From Saprospiraceae bacterium (GTDB lineage Bacteria > Bacteroidota > Bacteroidia > Chitinophagales > Saprospiraceae), in NCBI GenBank assembly GCA_041752395.1, contig JBGSWN010000121.1, positions 912-64,911 of the forward strand: a stretch of 64,000 nt of DNA. Direction: 5' to 3'. Positions 42,876 to 52,500 of the stretch are shown piece by piece. The notes under the pieces were generated by a model. The model searched no databases. It was not told the origin of the DNA and saw only the letters and a program-made list of their open reading frames with translations. Position 1 is the stretch's first letter; each line of letters starts with the position of its first letter. A program made the position numbers and the translations under genes.

Positions 42876-43160
42876 TTACTCACCAGTAACGATTGTTTCG
42901 TAAGTCACAATGATATTCAACACATTTGTGCTTTTGATATCAACTGTAGAGATTTTGGTGATGCCACCGTTTTTTGCCGCAGCGCGAATACTCGCATCTT
43001 GGTTAAAAAACAATATGCCTAAGTAGCCAGTGGCTTTTGCCATACCTACCTTGCTCCCAACGGGATTGCTCGTTGCGTTTACTGGCAATGTTAATGCACA
43101 GCTTGAAACCATTCCTGCTACCAATAGCAGTGCTACGAAATTTTTGATTTTTTTAATCAT
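42876..43160 (-). CDS. TRL-like small lipoprotein
   Basis: MIKKIKNFVALLLVAGMVSSCALT contains a lipobox. GSKVGMAKATGYLGILFFNQDASIRAAAKNGGITKISTVD...TGE matches the TRL family pattern as I remember it. Confidence 0.65.
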   Translation of the reverse strand: MIKKIKNFVALLLVAGMVSSCALTLPVNATSNPVGSKVGMAKATGYLGILFFNQDASIRAAAKNGGITKISTVDIKSTNVLNIIVTYETIVTGE

Positions 43161-43369
43161 TTTAATGTAGTTTTAATTTCTTACTCGTATGGCTTTTCTG
43201 AATTCGCCCCGTTTTTAAAGTGGTTGCTGGACTCCACTTTTGTCATTATCAAAACAATAACGGCAGCAAATATCACCAATTTTTTTTAATCGAAAACAAG
43301 GTGATTTCTGAACGGCAATTCTAATTCAATTTTAATGCAAGTCACAGCTGAAAACAGAACTTCCAACCC

Positions 43370-45313
43370 TCACTGCCACTCAAACTTCCACCTCGCAAAC
43401 GCCTCCATCGCCTCATACTCCGAAAGCCCCAAGCTCCGATAAAGTCCAGCCGTCGCAGCATTCCGCTCCTTGGCCCGCTGCCAGAATTCCCGCTCGTCCT
43501 CACCGGGGAACGGGGCGCTGTCCTTCTGCGACTGGTGCATGAAAATGGCCTTCTGCTTCCGGGCTACCTGGTCGGGGGACATTGGCACAGCCATGTCAAT
43601 CTCATGGATAGGGAACTCGTGCCAAGCACCCCGGTAGAGCCAGAGCCAGCAGTCCTTCGCCCATTTTTTGTCCTTCAGTTTTTCGAAGGCAGCAAAAATG
43701 GCGTTCAGGCAGACCCGGTGCGTGCCGTGCGGGTCGGCGAGGTCGCCAGCGGCATAGACCTGGTGCGGCTGCACTTTTTCAATCAAATCGGCCACCACAT
43801 CAATATCCGCTTGGGTAATGTCGCCCTTGCGTACCTTGCCCGTTTCATAAAACGGCATATCGAGGAAGTGGATTTTATCGTCCGTCAGGCCGGAATAACG
43901 AGCGCCCGCCCTTGCCTCTCCCCGCCGAATTAGCCCCTTGATGTCCCGCACTTCAGGGATGTCCGGCTCGCCCTGTTTCTTGTTTTTTAGGAACTTGAGA
44001 ATCTTCTTGTAGCGCTTCTCAATATCAGTATCCATAAGGCCCTGCCCCTCTCCGAACTCCAGCAGGAACTCCGCATAACGCCTTGCATCATGGTCGTGCA
44101 CGGCAATATTGCCGCTAGTCTGGTAAGCCACATGAACGTCATGTCCTTGGTCAACCAAGCGCATAAAAGTACCGCCCATCGAAATCACATCGTCGTCGGG
44201 GTGAGGGGAGAAGATGATGACCCGCTTTTTGCCCGGCGTTGCCCGTTCGGGACGGGTGGAGTCATCGGAATTAGGTTTGCCGCCCGGCCAGCCAGTGATG
44301 GTGTGCTGTAGCCGGTTGAAAATCTTGATATTGAGTTCGTAAGCACCGCTTTCGAGGAGCATCAGTTCGCTGAGGCCGTGCTCGTTGTAGTCCTCGTTGG
44401 TGAGTTTCAAAATCGGCTTGCCCGTCTGTCGGCTCACCCAGGTGACGGCTTGGCAGGCCAGTTCTTCTGTCCAGTTGCAGACGCCACAGAGCCAAGGCGC
44501 TTTGTTTCGGGTCAGTTGCTCCGCTGCCGCTTTGTCCAAAATCACCTTCACGTTGGGGTGTTTTTGCAAAAAAGTAGCAGGAATGGCTGTCGTGATTTCC
44601 TCCTCCAATGCCTTGGCCAGCACTGTCGCCTTGTGTTGCCCCCAAGCCAACAGGAAAACCGTCCGTGCCTTCATGATACTGGCCACGCCCATGGTGATGG
44701 CCCTCGTTGGCACGTCTTCTTCTTGGCCGAAGTCCTTGATAGCATCCCGGCGGGTAAGGCCATCGAGGCGAACCATGCGGGTGAGGGAGCTTTCCCAGGA
44801 GCCGGGCTCGTTGAAGCCGACGTGGCCTGTGCGCCCGATGCCGAGCAGTTGGATGTCAATGCCGCCATTGAGGTTGATTTGCTTTTCGTACCAAGCACAA
44901 TATTCCTGCGCCTTTTCCATCGGCACAGTACCGTCGGGGATGTGGATGTTTTCCTTCGGAACGTCCACGTGGTCAAACAGGTGCTCGTGCATGAAATGCC
45001 AATAACTCTGAGCCGCCTCCTTTTCCATCGGATAATATTCGTCAAGGTTGAAGGTCACCACGTTTTTGAAACTCAACGCTTCTTCCTGGTGCAGCCGCAC
45101 CAGTTCCCGATATACCTGAATCGGAGAAGAGCCAGTAGCCAGTCCCAGCACGATTTTCTCCCCATCCTGCTGCTTCTGGCGGATGGCGAGGGCAATGCTC
45201 CGAGCCACATGGATGGAGGCTTCCCGGCTGTCCTCCCAGATTTTGACGGGCAGTTTCTCGAAGGTCTTGAACTGGAATTTGAGGCTGGGCTGGGTCACGG
45301 CGGATGATAGCAT
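43370..45313 (-). CDS. nagB: Glucosamine-6-phosphate deaminase, long form with a C-terminal LmbE/PIG-L-like domain
   Basis: Start at ATG 45313 (the track ORF begins at an upstream TTG). IVLGLATGSSPIQVYRELVRL and LLGIGRTGHVGFNEPGS are NagB motifs. The C-terminal half contains RVIIFSPHPDDDVISMGGT, typical of the deacetylase-like fold. Confidence 0.88.
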   Translation of the reverse strand: MLSSAVTQPSLKFQFKTFEKLPVKIWEDSREASIHVARSIALAIRQKQQDGEKIVLGLATGSSPIQVYRELVRLHQEEALSFKNVVTFNLDEYYPMEKEAAQSYWHFMHEHLFDHVDVPKENIHIPDGTVPMEKAQEYCAWYEKQINLNGGIDIQLLGIGRTGHVGFNEPGSWESSLTRMVRLDGLTRRDAIKDFGQEEDVPTRAITMGVASIMKARTVFLLAWGQHKATVLAKALEEEITTAIPATFLQKHPNVKVILDKAAAEQLTRNKAPWLCGVCNWTEELACQAVTWVSRQTGKPILKLTNEDYNEHGLSELMLLESGAYELNIKIFNRLQHTITGWPGGKPNSDDSTRPERATPGKKRVIIFSPHPDDDVISMGGTFMRLVDQGHDVHVAYQTSGNIAVHDHDARRYAEFLLEFGEGQGLMDTDIEKRYKKILKFLKNKKQGEPDIPEVRDIKGLIRRGEARAGARYSGLTDDKIHFLDMPFYETGKVRKGDITQADIDVVADLIEKVQPHQVYAAGDLADPHGTHRVCLNAIFAAFEKLKDKKWAKDCWLWLYRGAWHEFPIHEIDMAVPMSPDQVARKQKAIFMHQSQKDSAPFPGEDEREFWQRAKERNAATAGLYRSLGLSEYEAMEAFARWKFEWQ

Positions 45314-45348
45314 ATTGGAATTGTTGGCTTTGATTTGTTGGCTGGTGG
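45314..45348. repeat. Five-unit heptad array abutting the nagB start codon
   Basis: ATTGGAA TTGTTGG CTTTGAT TTGTTGG CTGGTGG, immediately 5' of the ATG when read on the coding strand. Confidence 0.7.
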
Positions 45349-45707
45349 GGCGGGGCGAAGTTACAAAGTTCGCATAGCGGAAAACTAATTTTCCGTTCAA
45401 AATGTATCTATTTTGAATTTTGAAACGCCAGACTCACACTGGCACATTAATATAAGCCCCTTGGAGGTGTTTCTTTTTCTGTGAGATTTTTAAGAAGAAA
45501 TTATCCAATATTTAAAACATTCCAAAATGAATGAATTAAAAATGGAGACTAGGGTGAATCTTTTCATCCAAAATCCTCAAAAAAATGCGCAGAAGCCTAA
45601 TTGATTAGAGATTTCTGCGCAAGTAGCAGCAATACTTTCCCTACTTTTAGAAGTTGGGAAAAATCACTTAGGGTTGTTGTAAAGCAATAAACTCCCTGTC
45701 ACATTTC

Positions 45708-45736
45708 AAAAGCCGTTCCTTCCAAGAGCGGCTTTT
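45708..45736 (-). terminator. Rho-independent terminator 3' of gene 45744..46256
   Basis: AAAAGCCGTTC-cttccaa-GAGCGGCTTTT. Confidence 0.75.
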
Positions 45737-45743
45737 GTTATTA

Positions 45744-46256
45744 TTACCTCTGTAGTTCTGTTACACGGTTCTTCAATGATTCATTTTCCTCTCGCAGTTT
45801 TTTATTTTCTTGCTTTAGTTCATAGTTTTCAATACTTTCAAATTTTGCTGCTTCAGAAAGGTATTTTATAGCTCTATCAATGCCCCATCTGCCTTTTCCA
45901 AGTGACATATTTTTTTTCACTCCTTTCGGGTCAATCATGTCAAAGTGGATATTTTCATGTTGAAAATACTGGTCGCCTATAACTTTTAAATTTGAAATTG
46001 ACCAGTTCCCAAAAGTAATTTTATTTGGAATTTGCTCACCATTGAAATTGAAAAATGAAAATTCATAGTTCTGGTTGGTATAAATTCCTCTATTCGATTT
46101 GCCTTCAATGCTTTTAACAATCAGGTTAGGCTTTGTAGGCATAGCCGCTTCCAAGCTTACAAAATCTTTAGTTTCCAAATCTTGATAGTAAGCGATGAAA
46201 GTAATTGAATCTATTTTTTCCATGATGAAAATGTTTTGATAAGTTTGGATAGACAT
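45744..46256 (-). CDS. Hypothetical protein with C-terminal coiled coil (AT-rich islet)
   Basis: 170 aa, ending ENYELKQENKKLREENESLKNRVTELQR. No signal peptide or known motif. The start is ambiguous (ATG 46256 or ATG 46223). Confidence 0.55.
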   Translation of the reverse strand: MSIQTYQNIFIMEKIDSITFIAYYQDLETKDFVSLEAAMPTKPNLIVKSIEGKSNRGIYTNQNYEFSFFNFNGEQIPNKITFGNWSISNLKVIGDQYFQHENIHFDMIDPKGVKKNMSLGKGRWGIDRAIKYLSEAAKFESIENYELKQENKKLREENESLKNRVTELQR

Positions 46257-46345
46257 CAACCCATTCCCAATACCATTTTCAGAAATTCATCGGATGAAAG
46301 CATGGCAATATTGGGAATTGGTATCAAGAACGACTTTCATGGACA

Positions 46346-46579
46346 TTATTTTCGGTAGGGTGTACGCATGTGCTGCCCCAATATCCCCTCCTCCGTCAAC
46401 CCCTTTTCATCCCAAACCTTATCGGCAAGGTCGGTGGCTTTGTCCATGAAATACTGCGCCAATAGGGTCTTTATTTCCAATAAGTCCTGTTCTGATACCT
46501 TTCGGGCATACAACTTCAACAACTCCAACTGGAGGTTGGTGAACGGCTGCGGGATGTTTTGAATTTGCGAATGGCTCAT
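46346..46579 (-). CDS. Small helical protein, hypothetical
   Basis: MSHSQIQNIPQPFTNLQLELLKLYARKVSEQDLLEIKTLLAQYFMDKATDLADKVWDEKGLTEEGILGQHMRTPYRK, 77 aa. It lies directly upstream of, and on the same strand as, 45744..46256. Confidence 0.55.
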   Translation of the reverse strand: MSHSQIQNIPQPFTNLQLELLKLYARKVSEQDLLEIKTLLAQYFMDKATDLADKVWDEKGLTEEGILGQHMRTPYRK

Positions 46580-46659
46580 GGCTTCAATTTTTATTGCTTG
46601 TGCATACAAAACTAAACTTTCTCCCGCAAAAAATTACTGCTCCAAAATATCCCCTCAAT

Positions 46660-46686
46660 AAAAAAGGGGCGACAACCTGCCGCCCC
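46660..46686 (-). terminator. Rho-independent terminator 3' of the ROK kinase gene
   Basis: On the minus strand, GGGGCG-gcaggttgt-CGCCCC is followed by TTTTTT. Confidence 0.7.
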
Positions 46687-46729
46687 AATGTTTTCTTGAA
46701 GAAAGAAGGTCCTTTTTTTCAAAAGAACG

Positions 46730-47674
46730 TCACAAATTTTTCCAAACCAACGCCGCCGCCCCCAATAGCGCCGCATCATTCTCCCCCAGCGCCGAAGGCA
46801 ACACCTTTATTTTATGCCCTTTGTGAAACGCCAATGAATGCCGCTCCATGCTCTCAATCGTCGGCTCGAAAAGCAGGTCGCCCGACATCGCCAGCCCACC
46901 AGACAGCACAATGACCCCGGGCTCGAACCAAGCGGCCATATCAGCCAGCGCCCGGCCCAGCACCTCGCCCGTTTTGCCAAAGGCAGCCAAAGCCAACGCA
47001 TCGCCCGCAAGGGCGGCCTCTGAGACGTGGCGGGCCGTCATGTCGTGGTAGCTTGTGCTTCGCAAACTGCTTTCCGTCATCGTATTTGCCATCAATTCAA
47101 ACACCGTGCGCTTCAATCCCGTGGCACTCACATACGTCTCCGTGCAACCGAAGCGGCCACAGCCGCAGGCCCGGCCATTGGGCACCACGCAGATGTGCCC
47201 CGCCTCACCGCCGTGCCCGAACTCCCCGCCGAGCAACTGCCCATTGGCCACGATGCCGCAGCCGAGGCCCGTGCCCAGCGTGAGCAGCATAAAGTTTTGC
47301 ATGCCCTTGGCTGCGCCAAAATGCCACTCGCCGAGCGTGCTGGCGTTGCTGTCCTTGACCAGTTGAACGGGCAGGCCGAAGCGCTCTTGCACCGTTTTCA
47401 CAAACTCGACTTTCGGTGAAAACGGCAGGTTGGCAGCATTCTCGATGGTGCCCTGCTGCTCGTTGGCGCTCGGTGCCCCTGCGGCGATGCCCTTTATTTC
47501 CACGCCTTCGCCCAGCATTTCCTCGATTTTTTCAAAAAGATGACGAAAAAAATCGTGCTCGTCCGAGCGTTCGGAAGTGGAGAAAGCCGCCCGTGCAGCG
47601 ATATTGCCCGAAGGGCCTACCAAAGCCAGCTTGGTGGAAGTGCCGCCGATGTCTATGCCGAGTGCGAATTGCAT
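46730..47674 (-). CDS. ROK-family sugar kinase (glucokinase / N-acetylglucosamine kinase type)
   Basis: MQFALGIDIGGTSTKLALVG is the ATP-binding motif. GHICVVPNGRACGCGRFGCTETYVSATG is the ROK zinc motif CxCGxxGC. Confidence 0.88.
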   Translation of the reverse strand: MQFALGIDIGGTSTKLALVGPSGNIAARAAFSTSERSDEHDFFRHLFEKIEEMLGEGVEIKGIAAGAPSANEQQGTIENAANLPFSPKVEFVKTVQERFGLPVQLVKDSNASTLGEWHFGAAKGMQNFMLLTLGTGLGCGIVANGQLLGGEFGHGGEAGHICVVPNGRACGCGRFGCTETYVSATGLKRTVFELMANTMTESSLRSTSYHDMTARHVSEAALAGDALALAAFGKTGEVLGRALADMAAWFEPGVIVLSGGLAMSGDLLFEPTIESMERHSLAFHKGHKIKVLPSALGENDAALLGAAALVWKNL

Positions 47675-47847
47675 GGAAATGGAATTGAAAATTGAGAATT
47701 GAAAATTGAGAATGACCGTTGCGAAGGCAAATCTAAAAAGTTAGGGTGGCGAAAAAGGTAATTTTTGGATTTCAGACTTTACCTCTTCTATCTTCGCCCC
47801 CAAACTCGCTGGCATTCTCAATTTTCAATTTTCAATTTTCAATTATC
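47675..47847. repeat. Divergent intergenic region bounded by mirrored ~35-nt heptad arrays abutting both start codons
   Basis: The left arm is GAATTGA AAATTGA GAATTGA AAATTGA GAATGAC (47682-47716). The right arm is CATTCTC AATTTTC AATTTTC AATTTTC AATTATC (47813-47847), followed directly by the murA ATG. Confidence 0.88.
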
Positions 47848-49158
47848 ATGAATTCCTCCTCCTTTGAAGTAACCGGAGGCCGCCAGTTGAGCGGCAGCAT
47901 CGTGCCGAAAGGCGCAAAGAACGAAGCCCTCCAAGTCATCTGCGCCCCGCTTTTGACCGCAGAAAAAGTCACGATTTCCAACATCCCCGACATCGCCGAC
48001 GTGCGCAGCCAGATAGAGCTGATGCGGGGCCTGGGGGTCAAAGTGGAGCGCCTCGCCACCGATACCTACAGCTTTCAGGCCGATGAGGTGGACAGCAACC
48101 TGTTCGACAACAAAAATTTCCTCGGCAATGCCCGCCGCATCCGTGGCTCGGTGATGCTGATGGGGGCGCTGTTGGGGCGCTTCCGCAAAGCGCTTTTGCC
48201 GCAGCCCGGCGGCGACAAAATCGGGCGGCGCAGGCTCGATACCCACTTCCTCGGCCTGCAAAAACTCGGTGCCGACTTCCGCTACGATGCCGAGGAGCGC
48301 ATGTATTTCATCGAAGCGCCCAAGCTCCAGGGCACGTATTTGCTCATGGATGAAATCAGTGTGACGGGCACGGCCAACGTGCTTTTCGCCGCCGTGATGG
48401 CCGAAGGCACGACCACGATTTACAATGCTGCCTGCGAACCTTATGTGCAGCAGCTCTGCAAATTGCTGAATAAAATGGGCGCTAAAATCAGCGGCATTGG
48501 CTCGAATCTGCTCATCATCGAGGGCGTCTCCAAACTCGGCGGCGCAGCGCACCGCTGCCTGCCGGACATGATTGAAATCGGCAGTTTCATCGGCCTAGCG
48601 GCAATGACGCAATCCGACCTGACCATCAAGGACTGTGCGGTAAACGAGCTGGGGAACATCCTCCCCGTCTTCGAGCGGATGGGCGTGAAAATGAACATCC
48701 TCGGCGACGACATCCACGTGCCAGCGCAGGAGGAAATCGAAATCCAGTCCTTCATTGACGGCTCCATCATGACCGTGTACGACTCGCCGTGGCCAGGCTT
48801 CACCCCCGACCTGATGAGCATCATCCTCGTGATGGCCACGCAGGCGAAGGGCAGCGTTTTGATTCACCAAAAAATGTTTGAAAGCCGCCTCTTCTTCGTG
48901 GATAAGCTAATAGACATGGGCGCTCAAATCATCCTCTGCGACCCGCACCGAGCCACGGTCATCGGCCTGAACCGCCGCTTCCAACTCCGGGGCATCGAAA
49001 TGACCTCGCCGGACATTCGGGCAGGGGTAGCGCTGCTTATCGCTGCGCTGTCGGCACGGGGGAAGAGCACGATTCACAATATCCACCAGATTGATCGGGG
49101 GTATGAACGGATAGATGAACGGCTGAATGCGCTGGGGGCGGAGATAAGGCGGGTGTGA
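47848..49158 (+). CDS. murA: UDP-N-acetylglucosamine 1-carboxyvinyltransferase
   Basis: MNSSSFEVTGGRQLSGSIVPKGAKNEALQVICAPLLTAEKVTISNIPDIADV...; 436 aa. Confidence 0.93.
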   Translation: MNSSSFEVTGGRQLSGSIVPKGAKNEALQVICAPLLTAEKVTISNIPDIADVRSQIELMRGLGVKVERLATDTYSFQADEVDSNLFDNKNFLGNARRIRGSVMLMGALLGRFRKALLPQPGGDKIGRRRLDTHFLGLQKLGADFRYDAEERMYFIEAPKLQGTYLLMDEISVTGTANVLFAAVMAEGTTTIYNAACEPYVQQLCKLLNKMGAKISGIGSNLLIIEGVSKLGGAAHRCLPDMIEIGSFIGLAAMTQSDLTIKDCAVNELGNILPVFERMGVKMNILGDDIHVPAQEEIEIQSFIDGSIMTVYDSPWPGFTPDLMSIILVMATQAKGSVLIHQKMFESRLFFVDKLIDMGAQIILCDPHRATVIGLNRRFQLRGIEMTSPDIRAGVALLIAALSARGKSTIHNIHQIDRGYERIDERLNALGAEIRRV

Positions 49159-49159
49159 A

Positions 49160-49197
49160 ATTGCGGCTGACGGGTTTGCCAGCCCGTCAGCCGCAAT
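49160..49197 (+). terminator. Strong hairpin after murA (15-bp perfect stem)
   Basis: ATTGCGGCTGACGGG-tttgccag-CCCGTCAGCCGCAAT, with no U-tract. Confidence 0.7.
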
Positions 49198-49577
49198 CTA
49201 ACCATTTGATTTTCAATCATTTTAAACATACCCCTTATTTTTATCTTCAAAATAACCGCTACAGAATTGCGAGCATTTGTAGCTTTGCACCTCACTTACG
49301 CCGATAGATTTTTAGAACACAATACATCTACTCCCTTCCACACCCGTATCGGCAGTCTCACAGGTTGGTCTCCATTTTTCATAAAAAATTGATGGCATAG
49401 GCGACAAATCGTCGAATGCCTAAAGGCTTTTCACTCACTTCGGCACAGGTCTCACGCCGGTCATTTCATATTTATTTTTTCGGTAAAAATCGCCCAAATC
49501 CACTGCGCACCTGTGCGCTGTAGGGCTTTGTTTGGCGCTGCAATACAATTCTTAAACTGTTAACCAAAACAAACGCT

Positions 49578-52500
49578 ATGCGCATTCAACATTACCTGTC
49601 CTGCCTGTGCCTGCTCCTGCTCGGGGTAGCCAACTTGCAAGCCCAGACGCAGTACATCGGCCCCGACAACGGGAGCTGGTTCACCGTTGCGAACTGGAAC
49701 AACGGCCTTCCTGCCGCTGGCAACGATGCCCTCGTCGGGGGTGGCGTGACCGTCGTCGTGGGCAGCCCACTGACCGTGAACTTTGGGGTGACTGGCTTCG
49801 GCAACATCTCCGCCACGGCAGCCATCACCATCGCCACGGGCGGCTCCATTTCCAGTTCTGGTTCGCTGAGCATTGCCAGCACCAGCAGCTTGACCAACAA
49901 CGGCACGCTGTCGAATTTCGGCACGCTGACCTTTGCCGGAACGGCTGGCTTCACCAACGGAACGGGCGCCAATTTCACCAACGGCGGCAGCTTTACCCTC
50001 CAAACGACACTGGTCAACAGCGGTGCCATCACCAACAACGGTACGATTGACGCCACGAACGGCACGCTCCAATCCGGCGGCAGTTTCAACAACAACCAAA
50101 CGCTGACCACCAAGTCGCTGACCATCAATGCCAGCAGCACCTTCACCAATAATTTTGGTGCTACGCTGAACATCACGGGCGCTGCGGGTCTGTTCCAAGT
50201 GAACGGCAATGTGACCAACAACGGCATCATCAACGCCGCTGGTGCCATGACCGTGAACGGCAATTTCGCCAATAACGTGACCCTGAACGTGGCCACAGGC
50301 GCTGTACTGACCGTGAACGCTGGCGCTCAATTGACCAACGGTGGCACTGTGGACAACAGCGGCTTCGTGCAGAACTACGGCACGCTGACCAACGGCCAGA
50401 ATTTCATCAACAAGGGTGAGGCGAATAATTACGCTACCTTCAACAACAATAACCTGATTGACAACCGCACGGGCGCCAATTTCTTCAACCGCACCGGCGG
50501 CACGCTCGGCATGGGCTTTGGGTCAAAAATCCTAAACGCAGGTACCGTGACCAACCTCAGTGCCTTCAACAGTTTTGGTACAATAGAAAACAACGGAACC
50601 GTCAGCAACAGCGGTACTTTGCTCAGCTTTGGCGGCTCACTGCTTGATAACAATTCCACCTTTACCAACGCAGGAACCATCAGCACCAACGACGTGGTGA
50701 GCAACGATGGCCCATTCACCAACAGCGGAACCATCAACGTGAACGGCGGTTCTGTTTGGTCAAACAACGCTAATTTCACCAACGCCGTCGGTGGTACGGT
50801 GAACGTGGTGCAGGACTTCGTGAACAAGTCAACGGGTGTGCTGGTGAACAACGGTACTTTCCGCAACACCGTCCGCACCCAAAACCAGGGCAGCTTCACG
50901 AACAACGCCTACCTGCACAACCCCGGCGATTTCACAAATGCCGCTGGCGCAACTTTGACGAACAACGAGCTTTTCCTACTGGAAGCGGGCAACTTGCTCA
51001 ACGCTGGAACCTTCGTCAACAAGAACAAAACCCTGTCCGATGAATGCGCTTCCGTGAAAAACACGGGCAGCATCAACAACACGGGTGGCAACCTGGAAAT
51101 CCGTGGGATATTTTTCCAGAAAGGAACTTTGACAGGCAATGCCGTGAACAACACGGGCGGCTACACCCACACGGGCGCTACTTCAAATGCCCCGGCTGTT
51201 TGCCAGAACGGCACTTTTGGCGCTGACATCAACGGCGAAATCAAGGTTTACGCTAACGCAATCGTTGCCTTCGAGAACTTTGATAGCTGCGCAAACATCG
51301 TGTATCTCGCCAATGGCATCGCACGTCCGGTTTTCCATTGCTCGGATATCCCGACCATCCAGAACGTGAACCTCGTCATCCGCACCCGCCTCGGCGACTC
51401 GCTGACCTGCGTGGCGCAAATCACGCCCGTTGACCTGCTCGAACCGCAAATCGGAACTTGCCCGAAAGACCAGGTGATTTTCACGCCAAACCCAACAACC
51501 ACGGCCACTTGGACGGCCCCAACGGCTACCGACAACTGCTCTTCCACCGTCAGTGTTACCTCAACCCACACACCCGGCGCCAGTTTCCCCGTGGGAATCA
51601 CAGGCGTTACCTACACCTTCAAGGACCAGTACAACAACCAGAACCAGTGCCAATTCCGCATTGACGTTCGCCAAACGCCTCCCGGCAGCAACTGCACCGG
51701 CGACACCGCCGGGCCGACTTTCACGGGTTGCCCCACCAACCAGACCATTCAGCAGGTGGGCAATCTGACGCCAGCCAGCTGGACGCCACCGACGCCGAAC
51801 GACAATTGCAAGCCCATCAATTTGACCGCTACGCACGCACCGGGCCAAGGCTTCCCAGTTGGCACAACGACCGTGACCTACACGGCGAAGGACGGCAGCA
51901 ACAATAGCAGCACTTGCACTTTCACAATTAAAGTCAATGCTGTTGACCCTTGCTCGGAAGACACGCAGAAACCTGTTGTTTCTGGGTGCCCAGCCAATAT
52001 CTGGTTGCCAACTAACACCAATATCAACGGTGCGGTGGCCATCTGGGCCGCTCCCGGCGCTGGCGACAATTGCGGCGTGGTGAGCTTCACCGCTTCGCAT
52101 GTGCCGGGCAATGTGTACCCCGTCGGCTCGACGACCGTGACCTACACCGCCAAGGATGCCGCAAACAACACATCAACTTGCAGCTTCGTCATCACCGTCG
52201 GTGCTGACCCGTGCCCTGGCGACGTGACCGCTCCGGCCATCAGCGGCTGCCCAGCGAACATCAGCTTGCTGACGACTGGCAACGCTGCCACTGCCACATG
52301 GACAGCTCCAACCGCCACCGACAACTGCGCACCTGTGACCGTGAACGCTACGCACACTTCCGGCAGCACTTTTGGCTTAGGTTCGACGCCAGTCACTTAC
52401 CAGTTTTCGGATAAAAAAGGAAACAAGAGCACCTGCACTTTCACGGTGACCGTACAGAATAGTTGCTCGGCGGACAACGTGGCACCCGTCATCACGGGTT

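Noticed and set aside
44378-45307. 309-aa plus-strand ORF
   Set aside because: It lies antisense to nagB, whose product shows canonical deaminase motifs.
41650-46620. Prophage or integrative element spanning the two AT-rich islets
   Set aside because: There is no integrase, transposase, phage structural gene, flanking tRNA or direct repeats. The conserved housekeeping gene nagB sits between the islets. They are treated only as compositionally atypical islets.
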